A DNA stretch of 43,013 bases from Phyllobacteriaceae bacterium (lineage in GTDB: Bacteria > Pseudomonadota > Alphaproteobacteria > Rhizobiales > Rhizobiaceae). The notes beneath the pieces are model-generated. The model searched no databases. It saw only the letters and a list, made by a program, of their open reading frames with translations, and was not told the DNA's origin. Each line of letters opens with the position of its first letter. Positions within the stretch are counted from its first letter, which is position 1. Positions 36,108 to 43,013 of the stretch are shown piece after piece. The DNA is taken from assembly GCA_024645155.1 (NCBI GenBank), contig JAHEGF010000002.1, positions 1-43,013 of the forward strand, read 5' to 3'. A program made the translations under genes and the position numbers.

Positions 36108-37049
36108 GTGCGCATTTTTGATGCAGCCCAGACTGCCGCGGCCCTTGAGTGGAAACCGCTGATAGATGCGCTTCGGGAGCAGTTTGCATCCGAATGCGTT
36201 ATGCCGCTCAGGCATCACCACAGTTTCGAGATTCCCGATGAACCTGATGGCACATTGCTGCTGATGCCCGCCTGGCAGGTGGGTGGCTATCTTGGCGTCA
36301 AGCAGGTCTGCGTGGTTCCGGGAAATTCCGGGCGCGGCCTGCCTGCGATTTATGGCATATACATCTTGTCATCGGCACGTACCGGGGAAGCGTTGGCGCT
36401 TTTTGACGGGGCGGAATTGACTGCGCGGCGAACAGCTGCCGCATCGGCGCTTGCCGCCGATTTTCTCGCTCGTCCAAACGCTACCCGGTTGCTAATTGTG
36501 GGTGCCGGCCGTTTGTCCCTCAATCTGGCGTTGGCCCATGCGGCGGTACGAAACATTACCGATATCAGGATTTGGGCTAGGCGGCGCGAGCAGGCTGTGG
36601 ACGTGTGCAGGGCAGGGGTTGCAGCCGGGCTGAACATGATGCCGGCCGAAGATTTGCGAGATGCCGCCGAACACGCCGATATTATCAGCTGTTGCACGCT
36701 TTCGCAGAAACCGTTGATCAAGGGTAACTGGTTGAAAAACGGCACTCATCTTGATCTCGTCGGAGCTTTCAAGCCGACCATGCGGGAAACGGATGATATA
36801 GCCGTGAAGCGCGCCAGCCTGTTTGTTGACACCCGCGACGGCGCTCTTGCAGAAGGCGGGGATATCGTCCAGCCAATCCGGGCTGGCGTTATCGCTGCGG
36901 CGGATATCAGGGCGGATTTATTCGATTTGTGCAGGGCAGGTTATCCGGGCAACCGAACCAGCAATGAGATTACGCTCTTCAAATCTGTGGGTGCGGCCCT
37001 TGAAGATCTTGCCGCTGCCAAGCTGGCCTATGAGACTGCGACAGACTGA
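36108..37049 (+). CDS. Ornithine cyclodeaminase / mu-crystallin family NAD(P)-dependent enzyme (possible ketimine or pyrroline-2-carboxylate reductase)
   Basis: 313 aa from a GTG start, with MPAW, LTARRTAAASALAA and the Rossmann loop LLIVGAGRLS. It starts 6 nt after the RidA stop. Confidence 0.85.
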   Translation: MRIFDAAQTAAALEWKPLIDALREQFASECVMPLRHHHSFEIPDEPDGTLLLMPAWQVGGYLGVKQVCVVPGNSGRGLPAIYGIYILSSARTGEALALFDGAELTARRTAAASALAADFLARPNATRLLIVGAGRLSLNLALAHAAVRNITDIRIWARRREQAVDVCRAGVAAGLNMMPAEDLRDAAEHADIISCCTLSQKPLIKGNWLKNGTHLDLVGAFKPTMRETDDIAVKRASLFVDTRDGALAEGGDIVQPIRAGVIAAADIRADLFDLCRAGYPGNRTSNEITLFKSVGAALEDLAAAKLAYETATD

Positions 37050-37078
37050 CGGTAGATATATATCCACCGGGAGACTAC

Positions 37079-37627
37079 CTAACCCCGGGTTTCAGAAATG
37101 GATTCGGCGGTGCCATGTGCCTCCAGATGCGCTTTGATCACCTTGAGACCGTTCGCAAGATTGCGTTTCCAGTCGAGTGTTACAAACAGCTGTAACAGGG
37201 GACGGGCAATGGCATTGCGGGGATGAAATCCATAGTCCCAAACGATCCGGCAATTGCCGCCTTCCGGGACTGCCTGCATAGTTGATACCGCGTAATCGGA
37301 CAGCAGGCGAACCGGGCTGGTGTAGGCCCAGGGCTGGTATCTGTAGGATGCGGGCAGGTTGGTTTCAAGTATCCGTTCAAGTGATGTCGTTCCGTCCTTG
37401 AAGAAGATCTTGCGGCAGGCTCCAGCCTTGCCCCATTCTGGCCCGGAGACAGGCTCGGTACCTGTAATCGGCGGAACGATGAGTGTGCCGAGCATAAAGT
37501 TCTCAATCGGCTCGAACATGTACCAGTCGAAAAATGTTTTGGCCGGAATGGCGATTACGGTCTCGACCCTGCACCTGGCGTAATTTTCGTCGTGGGTGTC
37601 GGGATCCGGTGGCGATGAATGCTTCAT
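37079..37627 (-). CDS. SRPBCC (START/Bet v1-like) fold protein, a putative hydrophobic-ligand binder
   Basis: 182 aa. The alternating beta/long C-terminal helix pattern and length fit SRPBCC/polyketide-cyclase-like proteins. The call is from memory. No RBS is visible before the ATG. Confidence 0.55.
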   Translation of the reverse strand: MKHSSPPDPDTHDENYARCRVETVIAIPAKTFFDWYMFEPIENFMLGTLIVPPITGTEPVSGPEWGKAGACRKIFFKDGTTSLERILETNLPASYRYQPWAYTSPVRLLSDYAVSTMQAVPEGGNCRIVWDYGFHPRNAIARPLLQLFVTLDWKRNLANGLKVIKAHLEAHGTAESISETRG

Positions 37628-37691
37628 GTTTTTATACTTGGCAGATATTACATATTGTGAAAATGCCGGACGAATGTGCGCCTGACGGCAC

Positions 37692-40079
37692 TTACACGGC
37701 TTTTTTCAGTTCCTGGATTTCAGGCGCCGAAGCAATTTGCTTGTCGGCAATAAAGCTCTTGAGCAGATAAGCGGCGACCGCGGTCTGATCCATCGGTTTG
37801 GAGAAAAAGAACCCCTGCAACTGGTTGCACGCGATTTCGCTGAGAAACTTGGCCTGTTCCGGCGTTTCCACGCCTTCCGCTGTGACGGTCATCTGCAGTG
37901 TCTGGCCAAGCGATGCTATGGTTCTCAGAATATCTTGAGCGACGAGGTCTTCGGAAGATGCCATGACAAAGGACCGGTCGATCTTGATCTTGTCGAAGGG
38001 GAACTTCAACAGATATGACAGGCTCGAATAGCCGGTACCGAAATCATCAAGCGCGATGTTTACGCCGATTTTCTTGAGGCCCGAAAGGCGATCACGGACT
38101 TCCTCCTGATTTTTGATCAGCAGGCTTTCAGTCACCTCTATTTCGAGGCAATGAGCGGGCAGTCCGCTTTCCTTCAGTGCCGATGATACAGTTTCAACGA
38201 TGTCGGATGACTGAAAGTGCCTTGCAGACAGATTGACCGCGACAGTAAGGTCCTCCGTCCAAGTTGCGGCAATGCGGCAGGCCTCGCGCACCGTCCAATC
38301 GCCGATCTCACATATCATGCCACCCAGTTCGGCGATCGGGATGAATTCCGAAGGCGTAACGATGCCGCGAATCGGATGGTTCCAACGTATCAGCGCCTCA
38401 AAGCCCATCGGTTTTTGGCTGTCGGCGCCAATCAAAGGCTGGAAGTACAGCTCCAGTTCGCCGTTTTCCAGTGCCTTGCGCAATTCGGATTCGAGCATCC
38501 GCTTTTCGCGCAGATCGGTGTCCATCCGCGATTCAAAGAAGCAATGCAGACCGCGGCCTTCAGCCTTGGCGCGGTAAAGCGCCAAATCCGCATTTCGCAA
38601 AAGCTGATCGGGACGCGTACCGTTGATCGGTGCAATGGCAATACCAATACTGATGCCTATCAGGACCGTTTCGCCGTCGATTTCATAAGGTTTGCTGACT
38701 TCCGCAATCAATCTCTTTGCTATTTTTTCCAGCTCTTCGGCGGTCGCATCGTCCTGGATAATGATGGCGAACTCGTCCCCGCCAAGGCGGGCGATATTTT
38801 CCGTTCCGCGTAATGTCGTGCGTATCCTCTTGGCCACGGCACTCAGCAAGCTGTCGCCAACCAGGTGCCCGCGTGTATCGTTGACAGATTTGAAGTTGTC
38901 GAGATCCATATACAATACCGCAAACGGTGAGCCGTAGCGCTCCAGTCTTGCGACACAATGCTTGAGGTGTTCGGTGAATTTTGCACGGTTTAATAGACCG
39001 GTAAGCGGATCATTGTGCGCAAGGAAACTGATTTGGCGCTCGGCAAATTTCTTCGCCGTGATGTCTGATGCGGTGCCGACGTATCCGCGGTAAGACCCGC
39101 TTTCTGAATATATCGGCTTGCCGGTCAGCCGCCACCATTGTTCCTGGTCCCCAACGAGAACCCGGATCTCGAGGTCCTTGAATGTCTTCTGGTCTTCGAT
39201 CGAGAACCTGATTTCTTCAAGTGAAGAGTTGTTTCGGCCTGCAATGGTTGCCAGAAATTCGATAAAATCCTGCCCTTCGAGCGACGCGTCGGAGTGGGTG
39301 ACGCTTGCAAACCGGTCGGATACGCGGTCGATTTTTCCCTCGGAATCGAATTCCCAAAGCCAGTCGCTGGCGTTTTCCTCGAATTCCTTCAGCAGCAGCC
39401 CGATGATATCCCGCTGCGAGCGTACGGTTGCTTCCTGCTTAAAATTGCTGACGAAATCAAAGGACCTGCGGACCGATTCCGTGAAAATGATCACCGAGAA
39501 GCATGCAAGAAGCGAAAGAGCAGCGATGGTGTCTGTCATGCTCGGCAAGGCATATGCTGCAAATATTCCGCCAGCTATCGTAGGGAGCAGAAACGCGATC
39601 AACGCCTGAGGCAATATGGTCAGCATAAATCCGGTGACACAGATGATACCGGTATATTCGACTGCGCCAATCATACGGATCGAGGCTGTTGCCTGTGGCA
39701 TCACCAGTATCGGCATCAATCCCCAGAAAAGGCCGAAAATAAGGGAGTTGGCGATCAGTTTGTTCAACCGGTCAGGTGTCGCTGAACGGTGAACCGGCAG
39801 TTTGCGCCTGTCCAGCCAAACAACCAGCCTGCAAACCGCGAAAAAGTTCAACGCGCCGGCCCACAGCACGATCATGTTGAAATTTTCCATATCCACACAA
39901 ATTGCCAGCAATATCAACGTTATAGCGATATTGCCCAATGCCAATGCCGGAGTGGCGTCAGATACCGCCGAAATCTGCTTTGCATATAATACCGAAAGCA
40001 TATCATCATCGACTCTGTCGAGTGCGTCCGATGGAGCCGCAATTGCAGTATCAGCGTTTTTTTCTGGTTCCGGATGCAT
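37692..40079 (-). CDS. Membrane sensor (about 6 TM) - PAS - GGDEF - EAL protein (c-di-GMP turnover)
   Basis: About six hydrophobic helices in the first ~205 aa, then a PAS-like segment. Intact GGDEF (RLGGDEFAIII), and EAL motifs EALIRW, DDFGTGYSSLSYL and KIDRSF. An AGGAAG RBS precedes the start. Confidence 0.9.
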   Translation of the reverse strand: MHPEPEKNADTAIAAPSDALDRVDDDMLSVLYAKQISAVSDATPALALGNIAITLILLAICVDMENFNMIVLWAGALNFFAVCRLVVWLDRRKLPVHRSATPDRLNKLIANSLIFGLFWGLMPILVMPQATASIRMIGAVEYTGIICVTGFMLTILPQALIAFLLPTIAGGIFAAYALPSMTDTIAALSLLACFSVIIFTESVRRSFDFVSNFKQEATVRSQRDIIGLLLKEFEENASDWLWEFDSEGKIDRVSDRFASVTHSDASLEGQDFIEFLATIAGRNNSSLEEIRFSIEDQKTFKDLEIRVLVGDQEQWWRLTGKPIYSESGSYRGYVGTASDITAKKFAERQISFLAHNDPLTGLLNRAKFTEHLKHCVARLERYGSPFAVLYMDLDNFKSVNDTRGHLVGDSLLSAVAKRIRTTLRGTENIARLGGDEFAIIIQDDATAEELEKIAKRLIAEVSKPYEIDGETVLIGISIGIAIAPINGTRPDQLLRNADLALYRAKAEGRGLHCFFESRMDTDLREKRMLESELRKALENGELELYFQPLIGADSQKPMGFEALIRWNHPIRGIVTPSEFIPIAELGGMICEIGDWTVREACRIAATWTEDLTVAVNLSARHFQSSDIVETVSSALKESGLPAHCLEIEVTESLLIKNQEEVRDRLSGLKKIGVNIALDDFGTGYSSLSYLLKFPFDKIKIDRSFVMASSEDLVAQDILRTIASLGQTLQMTVTAEGVETPEQAKFLSEIACNQLQGFFFSKPMDQTAVAAYLLKSFIADKQIASAPEIQELKKAV

Positions 40080-40120
40080 GTAACCAACTTCCTGCTTATT
40101 TACCTGACAGGTTAGTGGCA

Positions 40121-40142
40121 GTTTATGGATTTGAGGTTTATG
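40121..40142 (+). repeat. Direct repeat GTTTATG x2 (40121-40127 and 40136-40142, 15-bp period) in the AT-rich divergent control region
   Basis: Read directly. Confidence 0.3.
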
Positions 40143-40335
40143 AAAAGCGCCTGATGCCGGATCAACCGCGGTATCTCTGTGTTTGGTAACTGAAGTATGA
40201 ATTGCGTGCTCTTGTGCTGTTGAAATTTTTTCCTTGAAGATGCCAGGTTATCGATGTGTAAACCTAATCGTTTAAAAACATTTTCAGACATCGCTGATAA
40301 CCATGCTCCAAACAAAAAACATACAGGAGCAGGTA

Positions 40336-41718
40336 ATGAGCAGGAACAAGGCAACAGGACATTCTGATGGCAATGACATACCAGAAGCCGCATTAACCGG
40401 AAGTCTTCGTGACTTCCGTGCCCCAACGGGTACAGACCTGCTTGGCCGCACAGAGGGTTTTTTCAAATGGCAGGACCTTCGCCGTAAAAACGGCCTGTGG
40501 CCTTACACGCGCTCTACTGCTACCGCCCCGAAATCGCACTGCACCGCAAAAAGCGATGCCGGTGAAAACATGCATGGCGTCAATTTTGCCTCGCAAGACT
40601 ATCTCAGCCTGTCCTCGCACCCTGAAATAAAGCAGGCTGCAATGGAGGCGATTGAAGAATATGGCGTTCACAGTGCCGGGTCAGCCGTGCTGCTGGGGAA
40701 TACGCGTCATTCGCTGAGACTTGAAAGAACGATATCGGAATTCATCGGCGGCCACGACGTCGTACTTTATCCGTCCGGCTGGTCAGCGGGCTTTGCAGCC
40801 GTTCAAGGGTTTGTTCGTCCGAATGACCACGTTGTCCTGGATGTCCTGGCACACTCCTGCCTTCAGGAAGGTGCCCGCGCGGCAACCCAGAACATCTATT
40901 TTCATGGCCACCTCAATGTTGATGGGTTGCGCAGACGGTTGCAGCGGATCAGGGCAAATGACAAGGAGAACGGCATTCTGGTGGTAACGGAAAGCCTGTT
41001 TTCGATGCATGCCGATACGCCGGATATTGCCGCTCTGCGTGAAGCCTGCGATGAATTCGACGCGAAATTGCTGGTCGATTGCGCCCATGATTTCGGTTGC
41101 ATCGGTGAGGATGGTCTTGGCCATATCGGGCTGCAAGGGATGATGGACAAAGTCGACATCATCATTGGCAGTTTCTCGAAAACCTTCGCTTCGAATGGCG
41201 GCTTTATCGCGATCAAATCGCGCGGTGTAGCCGAGTATCTGAAATGTTACAGCGCGACACATACATTTTCGAACGCATTGTCGCCGGCGCAGGCGGCGTC
41301 GGTTCTTGCCGCATTCAAGATCGTGATGTCAGCGGAAGGTGCGGAGCGCCGGCGCGCCCTGATGGACAATATTCTTTACATGCGCAGTGAGTTTGCGAAA
41401 TACGACATGGAAGCATTGGGTGACCCGTCGCCGATTGTACCGGTGCGGATCGGAGCCGAAGGCCTCGCCCGCATAGCTTCACGCGAGCTGGTCAAGCTGA
41501 ACGCCATTGTAAATCTCGTCGAATATCCGGCAGTTCCGCAAGGCGGTGCGCGATTCCGGATTCAGGCCATGGCGGATCACAGCCGCGGCGATGTCGATGA
41601 ACTGGTGGCAGCGACGCGAAAGGCAATGAAGATGGCGGATCTCGAATTCCGTATCATCCGTGAAAGCGGCAGCCTTTCACCGCAGAAAACAATTGGCGGG
41701 AACCGGCAGGCTGCCTAA
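40336..41718 (+). CDS. PLP-dependent alpha-oxoamine synthase family enzyme (BioF/Kbl/Spt/CqsA superfamily; possibly CqsA/LqsA-like)
   Basis: NFASQDYLSLSSHP, SGWSAGF, LAHSCLQEGAR, VDCAHDFG and the PLP-lysine context GSFSKTFASNGGF. The ATG at 40336 is preceded by CAGGAGCAGG. About 90 aa of N-terminal sequence precede the conserved core. Confidence 0.85.
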   Translation: MSRNKATGHSDGNDIPEAALTGSLRDFRAPTGTDLLGRTEGFFKWQDLRRKNGLWPYTRSTATAPKSHCTAKSDAGENMHGVNFASQDYLSLSSHPEIKQAAMEAIEEYGVHSAGSAVLLGNTRHSLRLERTISEFIGGHDVVLYPSGWSAGFAAVQGFVRPNDHVVLDVLAHSCLQEGARAATQNIYFHGHLNVDGLRRRLQRIRANDKENGILVVTESLFSMHADTPDIAALREACDEFDAKLLVDCAHDFGCIGEDGLGHIGLQGMMDKVDIIIGSFSKTFASNGGFIAIKSRGVAEYLKCYSATHTFSNALSPAQAASVLAAFKIVMSAEGAERRRALMDNILYMRSEFAKYDMEALGDPSPIVPVRIGAEGLARIASRELVKLNAIVNLVEYPAVPQGGARFRIQAMADHSRGDVDELVAATRKAMKMADLEFRIIRESGSLSPQKTIGGNRQAA

Positions 41719-41742
41719 TTGCCGATAGCAGGGAAACAGAAA

Positions 41743-42141
41743 ATGACATATGACCGGATACCCAGGCTCCTGGCAGTCGATGACGACCCGGATTCTGCGG
41801 AGCTCATCGTCCGTGTGGCGGAACGGTGCGGATATGAAGCATTTGCAACTTCGGATTCCCGAGGCGTCGTTAGCCTGACCAAGGCCCTTGATCCCGATAT
41901 CCTGACCGTCGACATCTGCATGCCGAACATAGACGCCGTTGAGCTGTTTCATCTTTTGAGCGAAGCAGGAATCAACGCCCAGATCCTGATCGTCAGTGGC
42001 CAGGACGAAACAGTGCTTGAAGATACCCGCCAGATAGCGCTGAAACTGGGCCTTAAAGTTCCCTACACTCAACAAAAACCGCTGGATTTCCAGCGGTTAA
42101 GGGAGATGTTCGTAGCGCCTGAAGTTCAGGCGGCGTGCTGA
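41743..42141 (+). CDS. Stand-alone receiver-domain response regulator (CheY-like, no output domain)
   Basis: Acidic pocket LLAVDDD, phospho-acceptor context ILTVDICMP, conserved Ser (IVSGQ) and Lys (QQKP). 132 aa. The ATG is 24 nt after the synthase stop, with an AGGGA RBS. Confidence 0.85.
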   Translation: MTYDRIPRLLAVDDDPDSAELIVRVAERCGYEAFATSDSRGVVSLTKALDPDILTVDICMPNIDAVELFHLLSEAGINAQILIVSGQDETVLEDTRQIALKLGLKVPYTQQKPLDFQRLREMFVAPEVQAAC

Positions 42142-42152
42142 TGGAATAGTAA

Positions 42153-42182
42153 CGGCTGGCCGATGTTGAAAATCGCCAGCCG
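42153..42182. terminator. 11-bp hairpin with one bulge (CGGCTGGC(C)GAT - 7 nt - ATCGCCAGCCG) between the convergent receiver and porin genes
   Basis: Read directly. It sits 11 nt after the receiver stop and 8 nt after the porin stop. It has no strong U-tract. Confidence 0.5.
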
Positions 42183-42190
42183 TGGTCAAT

Positions 42191-42796
42191 CTAGAATTTT
42201 ACACCGACCCTCATGGTCAAGGTGTCGATCCCCGCATCAATCAGGGTACCGTCAAAAGTATCGTAGAACTGGTGGCTGTAATTTGCCCCGACGGTGAGGT
42301 AATCGTTGACCATGTAGTCGACACCGGCACCTGCAACGATGCCCCAGTCATCAAGGCCGATGCTGGTCGTCGCGTAAACGGCACCGAGATGGGCAGTTGC
42401 CAGCCATTGATCATATGCAACACCCGCCTTTGCCTTCATCATGTAGGCATCTTCGGTATCGATCGGGAATCCCTCGAAGTTTATTTTCTGGCGCTGGTAT
42501 TCAGCTTCGACTCCGCCGACAAACATGCCGTACTGGTATAAATAACCGGCATAGACACCGAAGACAAAATCGTCTCCCTTTGACCGCAACGGAGGAACAA
42601 AGGACCGGTCGACATCGCGAAGCCAGCCGTAACCGCCTGACACGCCGACATAGGCACCAGTCCAGCTTCCAAATCTTTCGGGATTTGGTGCTTCGTATTC
42701 GGGAGCTTCATCGGCACGTATTATCGCGGGATCAGCTGCAAGCGCCGGTGAAACAAACAGTACCGAGGCGCATAAAATTGCTCCGATTTTTCCCAT
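42191..42796 (-). CDS. Outer-membrane beta-barrel protein (Omp25/Omp31/RopB-like porin family)
   Basis: Signal peptide MGKIGAILCASVLFVSPALA, alternating aromatic/Gly-rich strands (GAYVGVSGGYGW) and a C-terminal ...MRVGVKF ending in Phe. An AGGAGA RBS precedes the ATG at 42796. Confidence 0.8.
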   Translation of the reverse strand: MGKIGAILCASVLFVSPALAADPAIIRADEAPEYEAPNPERFGSWTGAYVGVSGGYGWLRDVDRSFVPPLRSKGDDFVFGVYAGYLYQYGMFVGGVEAEYQRQKINFEGFPIDTEDAYMMKAKAGVAYDQWLATAHLGAVYATTSIGLDDWGIVAGAGVDYMVNDYLTVGANYSHQFYDTFDGTLIDAGIDTLTMRVGVKF

Positions 42797-43013
42797 TTTG
42801 TTATTCTCCTGGATCAATGTACAGGAGGAATTTACCGAGTTATGGTTATCCAACGGTTAATAAGGATGAGATTGTTAACCATGATACTTAAGTCGGAGAC
42901 TGAGGCGGAAATCGGTGTCAGCGCCATGATCTTATTTGCTTCACGACAATTTGGGCAATGCGTGGCCAAACCAGGCACGCCACGATCCGTCATTGACAGC
43001 TAGAATGTCGTAT

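Noticed and set aside
37079-42853. Compositional island or horizontal transfer signature for the signalling locus
   Set aside because: Hand counts of coding lines give 55-57% G+C, much like lines elsewhere in the window. Only the intergenic region is AT-rich, which is normal for promoters. No integrase, tRNA or flanking direct repeats are present.
42941-43013. Possible 3' end of a minus-strand gene entering from the right edge (frame reads ..YDILAVNDGSWRAWFGHALPKLS-stop)
   Set aside because: Only about 23 codons are visible with no motif, so it cannot be told apart from chance.
1-43013. Scan for tRNA/rRNA genes, CRISPR repeats, IS elements, integrases, toxin-antitoxin pairs and known riboswitches
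   Set aside because: I saw no repeat-spacer arrays, terminal inverted repeats flanking a transposase-like ORF, or cloverleaf-like or riboswitch-like conserved cores. Nearly the whole window is explained by protein-coding genes.

Overview
This window looks like a gene-dense alphaproteobacterial chromosome segment, probably Hyphomicrobiales/Rhizobiales (an inference from gene content: MbfA, an Omp25/RopB-like porin, a deo operon ending in a tandem aldehyde dehydrogenase, and several class III cyclases). I found no rRNA, tRNA, CRISPR array, transposase, integrase or prophage genes. About 42 CDS are supported. They include a tightly coupled nucleoside uptake and catabolism operon (ABC ATPase, two permeases, cdd, PNP, deoC, aldehyde dehydrogenase), whose last gene runs off the left edge and is missing from the ORF track. 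Housekeeping genes are prfC, pncB, dut, cysK and a DEAD-box helicase. Also present are a rhodanese-ChrB_C/ChrA chromate module, a TRAP transporter, mbfA, a fatty-acid desaturase, a Cys/Thr-type proline-racemase-family enzyme, and a RidA plus ornithine-cyclodeaminase-family pair. Two patches are rich in signalling genes. The first is an NrtS-like small membrane protein followed by two convergent, paralogous class III cyclases with PAS-like and GAF sensors. The second, at 37.1-42.8 kb, is the best candidate for an undescribed system. It holds an alpha-oxoamine-synthase-family PLP enzyme with motifs I recall from CqsA/LqsA autoinducer synthases, followed 24 nt later by an orphan receiver-only response regulator. 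It is divergent from a 6-TM/PAS/GGDEF/EAL protein and an SRPBCC lipid-binding-fold protein. All functional calls rest on reading motifs in the translations. No database search was run.
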